Source: an uncultured Acidobacteriota bacterium (GTDB lineage Bacteria; Acidobacteriota; Vicinamibacteria; Vicinamibacterales; 2-12-FULL-66-21). Taken from it: DNA of 64,000 nt. The stretch spans positions 261,234 to 325,233 of the forward strand of contig CAVVSR010000018.1 of assembly GCA_963750935.1 (NCBI GenBank), read 5' to 3'. The first letter of the stretch is position 1, and each line of letters starts with the position of its first letter. Below, piece by piece: positions 1-8,117 of the stretch. The position numbers were made by a program, and so were the translations under genes. The notes under the pieces are model-generated. The model saw nothing but the letters and a program-made list of their open reading frames with translations. It was not told the DNA's origin and did not search any database.

Positions 1-1
1 G

Positions 2-121
2 AGAACCGCGAGACGTCGATCAGCGTCTTCGACGCGCAAAAGACGATGGAGATTTGCATCGCGGCGGACACCTCGGCCGACCGGGGCGGTGCGCCGCTGG
101 CGCTGCCGCTGATCAAGGCAT
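2..121 (+). CDS. 3' end of a CDS cut by the window edge; C-terminus is reminiscent of Gfo/Idh/MocA-type oxidoreductases (tentative)
   Basis: The frame is open from the window edge to TAG 119-121: ...NRETSISVFDAQKTMEICIAADTSADRGGAPLALPLIKA*. It is absent from the ORF track because no start lies in the window. Confidence 0.3.
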
Positions 122-130
122 AGCCGCACG

Positions 131-1526
131 ATGAGCACCCTCGCAGCCGGGCAGCTGCCGCACGCCACGGCTGCGGACGATCCGTATGTGCTCGACCCCG
201 GCGGAATCGAGCCGCCGCCGGCCTCCATGGCCCGGGCGCTGCGCCGCGTCGGTCCGGGCATGGTGCTGGCGGCGTCGATCGTCGGATCGGGAGAGCTCAT
301 CGCCACGACGACCCTCGGCGCCCAGGTCGGTTTCGCGGCGCTGTGGATCATCCTGGTCAGCTGCGCGATCAAGCCGGTCGTGCAGGGAGAGCTCGGTCGC
401 TACACGATCGCGACCGGCGACACCGGGCTCGAGGGCTTCAACCGGATGCCCGGCCCGCGGCTGGGCGTGAGCTGGCTGGTCTGGGCCTGGGGTTTCACCG
501 TCCTGTTGACGCTGCTGCAGGTTGGCGGCATGTACGGCGGGGTCGCGCAGGTGCTCCACCTGCTGATACCGGCCGTTCCGACCAGCGCGTGGGTCGGCGT
601 GTGCATGCTGCTCACGATCGGGGTCCTGATCGGCGGCGGCTACGAGCGGATCGAGAAGCTGGCGCTGGTCAAGGTCGGGTTCTTCTCCCTGCTGACCGTC
701 TGCGCCGCGGCGGTGCTGCTGCGGCGTCCCGATGCGATTACCGCGGCGGACATTGCCGGCGGGCTCGACTTCGAGCTGCCCGCGGCCGGCATGGCGACCG
801 CGATTGCGGTGTTCGGCATAACCGGCGTCGGCGCCACCGAGCTCGTGCAGTATCCGGTACTGGTGCGTCGAGAAGGGCTATGCCCGGTTCGTCGGGCCGC
901 GCGACGACTCCCCCGCCTGGCTGGCGCGGGCCCGCGGCTGGATCCGGGTGATGCACCTCGACATCCTCTGCTCGCTGGTGATCTACACGCTCGCGACCGT
1001 GGCGTTCTACCTGCTCGGCGCCGGTGTCCTCAACCGGATGGGCGTGGTGCCCGCCGAGCGCGACACCGTGCGCGTGCTGTCGCAGATCTACACGCAGACG
1101 CTCGGCGAGTGGGCGCTGTGGCTGTTCTACGCCGGCGCGGTGATCACGCTCTACGGCACCATCTTCGCGGCGACCGCCGGCCACTCCCGCCTGTTCGCGG
1201 ACGCCGTCCGCATCGCCGGCCTCTACACGCGCGACGACACCCGGAGCCGCACCCGCTGGCGGAACAGATTCCTGATCGCGCTCTCGATCGTTCCGCCGGT
1301 GCTCTACTGGTTCCTCGAGTCCCCGGTCCAGATGGTCCTGGCCGGCGGCCTCGCCCAGGCGGCGATGCTGCCGCTGATCGGCCTGGCCGCGATCTACCTG
1401 CGCCATCGCCACCTGCCGCCCAGCATCCGGCCGACGCTGGCCACGACTGTCGCGCTCTGGGTGGCGACGATCGTGATGCTCGGGTTCGCGGTCTACTATG
1501 TCGCGGCGCGGCTCGGGGTGTTCTGA
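131..1526 (+). pseudogene. Nramp/SLC11-superfamily polytopic membrane transporter, split by one extra base as assembled
   Basis: The track ORF starting at 131 (GPGMVLAASIVGSGELIATTTLGAQVGF..., many TM segments) stops making sense after ...GATELVQYP near 856. The frame of ORF 948..1526, read back to 858, gives YWCVEKGYARFVGPRDDSPAWLARARGWIRVMHLD.... Removing one G of ccGGt (856/857) gives a single protein of about 465 aa, and the span length is 3n+1. The tail of track ORF 131..1867 is only translated repeat DNA. Confidence 0.85.
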
Positions 1527-1537
1527 GACACGACGAC

Positions 1538-1598
<61 letters not shown>

Positions 1599-1745
1599 AT
1601 CGGTCGCTCACTTCGCGAGACTTCGTGGCTTCCGCCCTTAAGACGGAAGCCGCGCAACCACGGTTAACGAGCCGAACCGCAGTGCAGTCTGTCCTGTCGT
1701 CGTGCCGTCGTGCCGTCGTGGGTTGGCCGCCCGGCCCCGTGTTTT

Positions 1746-1853
1746 CCCGCTTCCCCGCTCCCGCTTCCGCTTCCCGCTTCCCGTTTCCCGCTTCCCGCTT
1801 CCCGCTTCCCGCTTCCCGCTTCCCGCGTCCCGCGTCCCGCGTCCCGCTTCCCG
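1746..1853. repeat. C-rich heptamer array of about 15 units, mostly CCCGCTT, with CCCGCGT x3 at 1826-1846
   Basis: Read directly from the sequence. CCCGCGT is the phase-shifted reverse complement of the GGGACGC unit at 1538-1565 and 2707-2761. The array ends about 40 nt upstream of the MIOX start. Confidence 0.95.
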
Positions 1854-1891
1854 AGGTGGTAAAATAGAGGCCGTTCCTCCGAGGTGCATCG

Positions 1892-2698
1892 ATGCAGGCA
1901 CGCGAATCCGGAAGCCCGCTACTACCGAAGCCGGTCAATCAGTTCAGGGACTACGAGCACGCCAATCCGCGTGTCGAGGAGTTCTACCGGCAGAACCATA
2001 CCCACCAGACCGTGGATTTCGTGCTCGGGAAGAAGCGGGAGTATCTGCCGCTGACCCGGCGCGTGATGACGGTGTGGGAGACGCTCGAATTCCTCAACTC
2101 GCTGGTCGACGACAGCGATCCCGATATCGACTTCACGCAGATCGAGCACGCGCTGCAGACCGCCGAATCGATCCGCGCGGCGAACCAGCCGCGCTGGTTC
2201 ATCGTCACCGGGCTGGTGCACGACCTCGGCAAGGTGCTGTGCCTGTTCGGCGAGCCGCAGTGGGCGGTGGTCGGGGACACCTTCCCGGTCGGCTGCCGCT
2301 GGTCCGACAAGATCGTCCACAGCCAGTTCTTCGCGCACAATCCCGACCGCCACGTGCCGGAGTACCAGACCGACAACGGGATCTACGAGCCGGGCTGCGG
2401 CCTCGACCACGTGCACATGTCGTGGGGCCACGACGAATACGTCTACCACGTCGTCAAGGATCTGCTGCCGGTCGAAGCGCTCTACATGCTGCGCTACCAC
2501 TCCTTCTATCCGTGGCACAAAGAGGGGGAGTACGACCATCTCACCAACGAGACCGATCGGTCGATGGTGAAGTGGGTGCGCGCCTTCAATCGCTACGACC
2601 TGTATTCGAAGGGCTCACCCCGCCCGAATGTGCAGGAGCTGATGCCGTTCTACGAGGAGCTGGTCAAGGAATTCTTCCCGACGCCGCTGCGCTGGTGA
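1892..2698 (+). CDS. myo-inositol oxygenase (MIOX, HD-domain di-iron oxygenase)
   Basis: 268-aa ORF with a GAGGTG Shine-Dalgarno at 1881-1886. Family-typical motifs are visible: [35 protein letters not shown] and FNRYDLYSK, the positions that carry the His/Asp iron ligands in characterised MIOX. Confidence 0.92.
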   Translation: MQARESGSPLLPKPVNQFRDYEHANPRVEEFYRQNHTHQTVDFVLGKKREYLPLTRRVMTVWETLEFLNSLVDDSDPDIDFTQIEHALQTAESIRAANQPRWFIVTGLVHDLGKVLCLFGEPQWAVVGDTFPVGCRWSDKIVHSQFFAHNPDRHVPEYQTDNGIYEPGCGLDHVHMSWGHDEYVYHVVKDLLPVEALYMLRYHSFYPWHKEGEYDHLTNETDRSMVKWVRAFNRYDLYSKGSPRPNVQELMPFYEELVKEFFPTPLRW

Positions 2699-2706
2699 GA
2701 AGAACC

Positions 2707-2761
2707 GGGACGCGGGATTCGGGACGCGGGATTCGGGACGCGGGACGCGGGACTGCGGGAC
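2707..2761. repeat. G-rich heptamer array (GGGACGC / GGGATTC units, eight G3 tracts)
   Basis: Read directly from the sequence. It starts 9 nt after the MIOX stop and abuts the stop codon of the convergent VWA gene. Confidence 0.95.
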
Positions 2762-4983
2762 TAACGGCCGGCCGGCGGCACGATTTCGAGCGGCACGCGA
2801 CGGTCGCCGTGGCTGCGGCCGGCTTCCATCAGCGCGATCCGGAGCACGTAGCGCCCCGCCGGGATCTTCGTGGTGTCGATCGGGAACGTCACGTCATGGC
2901 GCGGCCGCTTCGCGGCGGGGTCCACCGCGCCCTTGAACAGCGGCTGGCTCGCGCCGGTCTCCCCTTCCAGCTGCGCCACGACCTCGAGCGCCGCGCCTGA
3001 CGCCGGTTCCGGCGGATAGACCTCGAGCGCGGCCGTGACCTGGTCGCCCGCCACGAACGTCCGCGACGCCGACGGCGGCGACTTCAACGACGGCTCCAGC
3101 CAGCCATCGCCGCGCGTCACCATCAGCACCGCCGGCAGCGACGTCAGCGTGACGCCGCTCATCGCCGGACGCGACGGCTCGACCTGCGGCACGTCGATGT
3201 CCTGCGTAATCATGCCTGACACCCCGGTCCCGACCGCCCGCGCCGCGACCCGCAACTGGTGGCGCCCGGGCGGGAGATCGAGCTCGGACAGCCATCGCAC
3301 GCCGGTGGCCTTGACGCGCGCCAGATCCGCGGGCGGCAGGCGGAGGTCGATGGTGGTCGATTCCCCGTTCGACGCGCGGGCGCGCTGGTCGACCGTCAGC
3401 CGCGCGATCTCGAGGCGCTCCTCGAACCGGCCGCCGCGTTCGGTGAACGCCAGCGACTGGCCCGCCACCTCGACAATCAGCCGGACCTTCGGCTTGCGGG
3501 ACTCCCTGAACACCACCGCCTGGATCCGCATCGGCAGGCCCGCCATCGGCAGCGGGCTCGCGAGCAGCGCGTCGAGCCCGGTCGCCAGACCACGCGTCGT
3601 CGACGGCATCCGCTCGGCGGCCGGCGCCGGCGCCGACGCGCCGGACCGCCCGCGCACGCTTGTCCAGGGGCTGTTCGGCATCGACACCTCGTTCGGCTGA
3701 TCGGCCACGAGGCGCCGCTCCGCGGCAGCGGGAGTGGCGTAGCCCTTCCGCGCCACGACCTTGACGCCCGGCCGGCTCACCTTCACGTCGATGCTGCGGA
3801 ACTCGCCCGGCTTCGCCGGCCGCGACGACACGTAGCCGACGATGTAGTAGTCGCTGACCTCCTCGACGATGCGATCGAAGGCGCTGCCGAACTCGGTGCG
3901 ATTGACCGCCGCGAACCCGCCGGTCGATTCGGCCAGGTGATAGAGGCTCCGGATCGAGTCACGGAACTCGTCGCCAACGCTGCGTCCGGCGAACCCGATA
4001 TCCGCCCCCTGCCCCTGACGAAACAGCGGCGTCTCGACCAGGCCGGCGTCCGGCACCTCGAGGCCGCGGGGATCGACGGGATAGAGCGAGGCATTGGTCC
4101 GCATGAGGGCGCCGACCGCGCGCCGCATCGATCGGAAGACCTCCGACGCGTTCTGCTGGATACCCGAGGTCGCCATGTCGGAGACCTCGAGCGAACCGAT
4201 GCTGCCCATCACATCGGCGACGTCGTAGTCGATGCCCTCGCTGAAGAGCAGCACCGCCTTGCGGCGGCCTTCGATGCGCGACAGGTGACGGGCCAGCGCT
4301 TCGAGCACCCTGGCCAGCGAATCGGCGCGGCTGACCCGCTCGCTGTCGCTGGGGTCCTTGCCGCCGTGCGCCGGCATCGTGGTCCCGCGCCGTTCCTGAT
4401 CGCGCTCGATGACGGCCGAGACGAGCTTCTGGCCGGCAAACTGCTGGACCGCCCCAATCAGCCGGCCCTTGTCGCTGGTGAAGTCCTGGGTGGCGCCGGG
4501 CAGGCCGCCTGGTGAGATGACGGCCACGAGATCGTCGGGGCCCATGTGCCGCTCGATGAATCGCGTCGCGTGCTCGCGCACCGCGCGTGTCCGGCCGCTC
4601 GCGACGTGGAGGGTATCGAGCAGGAGCACGAACACACGCGAGTCGGCGACGCGCTCGTTGGTCGAAACGTCGGCTGGAACCGGCGCGACAGCGGCGGGCG
4701 CCGCCGCGATCGCCGGGCGCGGAGGCAGCGCGACCCGCTGGAACGCGACGATCTGCTGCGGCGTGCCGTTCTCGATCACCCGCAGGTCGGCGGCGGTCAG
4801 ATCCGTCACCAGCCGGCCGTCCTCACCCCGCGCGAGAACGGCCACTTCGATCAGGTCGACACCCGATCGGAAGCGCGGCGGCTGCTGACTGGCGGCCGGC
4901 TGCATCCCGATCGTCGGCGCGGCGGGCGCCGCGAGCCACGCGATCACCGCGCCGAACGCCGCCGCGCGAAGGCCCCGCATCAT
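2761..4983 (-). CDS. VWA domain protein of the acidobacterial VWFA-related type (secreted)
   Basis: 740-aa ORF with an N-terminal signal-like segment. It has the motif FRSGVDLIEVAV...DLRVIENGTPQQIVAF and the VWA core VFVLLLDT...DDLVAVISPGG. Its start overlaps the stop of the upstream PIG-L gene by 4 nt (ATGA). Confidence 0.88.
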   Translation of the reverse strand: MMRGLRAAAFGAVIAWLAAPAAPTIGMQPAASQQPPRFRSGVDLIEVAVLARGEDGRLVTDLTAADLRVIENGTPQQIVAFQRVALPPRPAIAAAPAAVAPVPADVSTNERVADSRVFVLLLDTLHVASGRTRAVREHATRFIERHMGPDDLVAVISPGGLPGATQDFTSDKGRLIGAVQQFAGQKLVSAVIERDQERRGTTMPAHGGKDPSDSERVSRADSLARVLEALARHLSRIEGRRKAVLLFSEGIDYDVADVMGSIGSLEVSDMATSGIQQNASEVFRSMRRAVGALMRTNASLYPVDPRGLEVPDAGLVETPLFRQGQGADIGFAGRSVGDEFRDSIRSLYHLAESTGGFAAVNRTEFGSAFDRIVEEVSDYYIVGYVSSRPAKPGEFRSIDVKVSRPGVKVVARKGYATPAAAERRLVADQPNEVSMPNSPWTSVRGRSGASAPAPAAERMPSTTRGLATGLDALLASPLPMAGLPMRIQAVVFRESRKPKVRLIVEVAGQSLAFTERGGRFEERLEIARLTVDQRARASNGESTTIDLRLPPADLARVKATGVRWLSELDLPPGRHQLRVAARAVGTGVSGMITQDIDVPQVEPSRPAMSGVTLTSLPAVLMVTRGDGWLEPSLKSPPSASRTFVAGDQVTAALEVYPPEPASGAALEVVAQLEGETGASQPLFKGAVDPAAKRPRHDVTFPIDTTKIPAGRYVLRIALMEAGRSHGDRRVPLEIVPPAGR

Positions 4984-5891
4984 CGAGTCGCCGACAGGGT
5001 CGGAAACATCTTCTTCAACTCTTCGAGCGGCGCCTGGCGGCCGTACTGCCCGAGCTGAAACGCCTCGGCGTACTGCACCTTCTTGCCGGCCTCGGCGCCG
5101 TGCAGCGCAATCAGCCGCTCACGATACTGGTCGGCCACCGCGATGTTCCGCTTCTTGACGATCTCCAGGAGGTAGTTGGCGCGCTCGCGATCGTCGGACG
5201 GCACGTTCTGGAGCGTGCGTCCCTGCCACGAGTCCTTGTCGCCGAACTGCGACGGCATCGCCTGGACGCACTTCCACTTCTTGTCGGCGACCTCGTCGAT
5301 GCCGACCACCATGGTCGGCGTGAACGGCTTCGGATCCTGGAAGCCGTCCGAGTAGTACATGAACACCGGGTTGCGCGGCGTCGGCGGCGTGTCGGGCACG
5401 AAGAACGGCGCCATGACCACGATGGCGGAGTCGTCCATCAGCACGCCGGTGTAGCGATGATCGGGATGGTAGTCGTAGGGCCGGTGGCCCATCACGATGT
5501 CCGCCTGCCACTCCCGGATCAGCCGCGACATCGTGCGGCGGTTCTCGAGCGTCGGCATCAGCTCGCCGTCGTGAATGTCGAGCACGTCGGTCTCGATGCC
5601 GAGAATCTTCGCGCACTCCTTGACCTCGGCCTTGCGCCGCTTGGCCAATGGCCCGCCGGCGCTCTCGAAGTGGCCGACGTCGCCGTTGGTCATGGCCACG
5701 AACTTGACCTTGTGGCCGGCCGCGGCCCAGAGCGCCGCCACCCCGCTCGCCTTCAACTCCGCATCGTCTGGATGGGCGCCGAACGCAATGACGCGCAGCG
5801 GCCGCGCGGCGCCGCCCTGCGGCGATGGGGCCTGCTCGTAGGCCGACACTGTTGCGAGCGAGAGCAGCAGCGCGAATGACAGTCGCTTCAT
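4980..5891 (-). CDS. PIG-L/LmbE family deacetylase (secreted)
   Basis: Contains the AFGAHPDDAELKASG...MTNGDVGH motif. I prefer the start at the ATG ending at 5891 (MKRLSFALLLSLATVSA signal peptide, with a GGAGGA SD 9 nt upstream) over the track start at 5915. Confidence 0.88.
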   Translation of the reverse strand: MKRLSFALLLSLATVSAYEQAPSPQGGAARPLRVIAFGAHPDDAELKASGVAALWAAAGHKVKFVAMTNGDVGHFESAGGPLAKRRKAEVKECAKILGIETDVLDIHDGELMPTLENRRTMSRLIREWQADIVMGHRPYDYHPDHRYTGVLMDDSAIVVMAPFFVPDTPPTPRNPVFMYYSDGFQDPKPFTPTMVVGIDEVADKKWKCVQAMPSQFGDKDSWQGRTLQNVPSDDRERANYLLEIVKKRNIAVADQYRERLIALHGAEAGKKVQYAEAFQLGQYGRQAPLEELKKMFPTLSATR

Positions 5892-5959
5892 CGAATGGGT
5901 CCTCCGAGGGGGCATTCTAGCAATTGAGGCATCCGAGTTCTTGGAGACGTTGAGCCAGC

Positions 5960-6275
5960 CGAGGCCTTGGAGGCACCGGATCTAATAATCGGAGCAACGG
6001 AGCCAACGGAGGTAAACGGAAAAAACACTTACGCATGATTCGCGGTGCCGGCCTCCGGCCGGCCGGGAAGAGTGTCCAGGTCCAGATCCACAAACACGCG
6101 TGCGAGCGAGTGCGTGCTTGTGAATCCGGACCTGGACACTCTTCGCGCGCGGAGCGCGCCGGCGAATCACCTGCCGCCTCACATCAGACGCTTGTCTTTT
6201 CCGTTTCCTCAGTTGCCTCCGTTGCTCCGTTCCTAAGATCCGGTAACTCCCGAACCTCCGATAGCTCGCGACTCT
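5960..6275. repeat. Nested-palindrome (MITE/REP-like) element, copy A
   Basis: The outer inverted repeats are 5975-6002 (accggatctaataatcggagcaacggag) and 6217-6244 (cctccgttgctccgttcctaagatccggt). Inside them is the pair gattcgcg...cgcgaatc. Further in are the sub-hairpins gccggcctccggccggc and gcgcgcggagcgcgc. The central stem pairs 6067-6093 with 6118-6144. A related copy lies at 55283-55645. Confidence 0.85.
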
Positions 6276-7984
6276 CCCGCAACTCCTGACGGTTCGCTCT
6301 CTCCACCACGCCACACTTTCAGGACCGCGTGCTGCCTCCCCCCGGCCAGGACCGCGCCGCGCGGCACGAACTGCAGCCCGGATCCGGGCACCAGATCCAC
6401 GACGGTCCGTGACACCAGGACCTCGCCAGGCGCGGCCGCGGCGGCGAGCGCGGCGCTGACGTCCTGCACCGGGCCGGACGAGGACGTCGGGTCGCATTCG
6501 CCGATGTGCACGCCGGCGCGCACGTGAATGTTCGAGCGCTGCGCGACGATCGCGATCGCGCCGCCGCACTGCGCCGCCCGGCCGGGACCGTCGAACATCG
6601 CCACCAGCTGCCCCTCGCCGACCTCGAGCGCGCGGCCGCGGTGCCAGGCGACTTCGCGCGCGAACACCCGGCCGAGATGCGCGGCATCCTCGGCGCGCAC
6701 GTCGGAGGCTACCGTGAGGACGGTCGCGAGCACGCGCTCGGACGACGTCCGGACGCGGGCGCGCGAGATGAAGCGGTCGATCTCGTCGAGGATGTCGTCC
6801 TGGTTGCCGAGGAACGGCAGATGGTCCTCGCCCGGCAGCTCGACGAACGTGGCCGCGGGGATGTGCGACGCCAGATACCGTCCTTCCTCGAGCTTCAGGC
6901 ACCTGTCGCCGCGCCGGTGCAGCACCAGCGTCGGCACGCGAATCGACGGCAGCACGGCGCGGATGTCGATCTCCGCGTTCATGCGGGTGAGCGCGACCGC
7001 GGCTCCCGGGCTCGAGCCCATGCGCAGGTACGACGCCCACCATTCGCGGAACACCGGATCCGACGCTCTCGACGGCGCGCGATCCTCGATGCCCACCGGA
7101 CCGCCCCACTCCTCCACGATCGCTTCGCAGAAGGCGTCGCGCTCCTCCTTCGTCGGCCCCCACGGGTACTGCTCGTCCCTGATGCGCCGCGCGTAGCTGC
7201 CGACCATGATCAGCGCGTCGGTCTTCTCGGGATACGTGGCCGCGAACAGGCTGCAGAGCGGCCCGCCCTCGGAGACCCCGAGCAGCACGGCGTGGTCGGA
7301 CCCGGCCGCGTCCATCACCGCCCGCACATCGTCCAGCCGCTGCTCGAGCGTCGGCAGCTGCGCGACGGGGACCGGATCGGAGAGGCCGGTGCCGCGCTTG
7401 TCGAAGAGGATCAGGCGGCCCATCGACGCCAGCCGGTCGAGGAAGCGCGCGAACGACGGCTCCTTCCAGAAGTACTCGAGGTGCGAGACCCACCCCATCA
7501 CGAAGACGAGATCGATCGGCCCGTCGCCGACGACCTGGTACGCGATGTTGACGCTGCCGCTGTGGGCGTAGCGCACTCGCGGCGGGGTGACCGTGACGCC
7601 GGCGCCAGCGCGGGCAGCCACCGTACCACCGACGGCATCGGCCGGCCTGGCAGCCGCGGCATCCGCCACCGTCACCGGCGCGATGAACCGGTAGCCGCGG
7701 CGATGCGCCGTCTCGATGAAGCGCGGCGCGTCGGCATCGTCTCCGAGCGCCTTGCGCACTTCCCTGACCGTCGACTTGAGGACCGCATCGCCGACGAAGA
7801 CGCCGGCCCAGACCGCGTCGAGCAGTTCCTGCTTCGACACCAGCTTGCCGGACGACTGTGCCAGGTAGCCGAGCAGCGCGAAGGCCTTCGGCGTCAGCGG
7901 GACCGGAGTCTCGTTACGGTAGAGCTGGCCGCTGACTGGATCGAGGCGGTACTCGTGAAACGTGAGGGAGGAGTCCGGCTGCAT
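6233..7984 (-). CDS. Three-domain protein: N-terminal OmpR/PhoB-type winged-helix domain, alpha/beta hydrolase, and a degenerate class III nucleotidyl cyclase-like domain
   Basis: 583 aa. The wHTH domain shows KQELLDAVW...FIETAHRRGYRF. The hydrolase fold shows the GVSEGG nucleophile elbow and ...LPGEDHLPF. The C-terminal 170 aa align by eye to cyclase domains (RVLATVL..., AMFDGPGRAAQCG, VRAGVHIGE, PGEVLVSRTVVDLVPGSGLQF). The last ~14 codons and the stop lie inside repeat copy A. Confidence 0.85.
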   Translation of the reverse strand: MQPDSSLTFHEYRLDPVSGQLYRNETPVPLTPKAFALLGYLAQSSGKLVSKQELLDAVWAGVFVGDAVLKSTVREVRKALGDDADAPRFIETAHRRGYRFIAPVTVADAAAARPADAVGGTVAARAGAGVTVTPPRVRYAHSGSVNIAYQVVGDGPIDLVFVMGWVSHLEYFWKEPSFARFLDRLASMGRLILFDKRGTGLSDPVPVAQLPTLEQRLDDVRAVMDAAGSDHAVLLGVSEGGPLCSLFAATYPEKTDALIMVGSYARRIRDEQYPWGPTKEERDAFCEAIVEEWGGPVGIEDRAPSRASDPVFREWWASYLRMGSSPGAAVALTRMNAEIDIRAVLPSIRVPTLVLHRRGDRCLKLEEGRYLASHIPAATFVELPGEDHLPFLGNQDDILDEIDRFISRARVRTSSERVLATVLTVASDVRAEDAAHLGRVFAREVAWHRGRALEVGEGQLVAMFDGPGRAAQCGGAIAIVAQRSNIHVRAGVHIGECDPTSSSGPVQDVSAALAAAAAPGEVLVSRTVVDLVPGSGLQFVPRGAVLAGGRQHAVLKVWRGGESEPSGVAGESRAIGGSGVTGS

Positions 7985-8117
7985 GGATCGACGTCCCAGG
8001 GAGCGAGGCCATTGTAGCGCCGGCTCGCTTTTACCGAATTCTTACCAGAGCTCGACGCCTCCTTCATGGCAGGCGCCCCGCCGGCTACGTATTCTCTCGA
8101 CAGAAGGAGATACACCC

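Noticed and set aside
5960-6275. Calling the nested-palindrome elements autonomous mobile elements (IS/transposon)
   Set aside because: No transposase, integrase or RAYT gene lies in or near either copy, and no obvious target-site duplication is visible. I report them as repeats of unknown mobility.
5982-7493. 503-aa ORF (and 6506..8017 on the + strand) overlapping the wHTH-hydrolase-cyclase gene
   Set aside because: It is an alternative-frame or antisense shadow ORF, typical of high-GC DNA. The translation is Arg/Gly/Pro/Ala-rich with no recognisable domain. The 6233..7984 frame has three clear domains.
7962-8117. The long N-terminal extension of the TPR ORF starting at 7962
   Set aside because: It would overlap the divergent gene's start region. 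ATG 8118 has a good SD and begins a canonical signal peptide.
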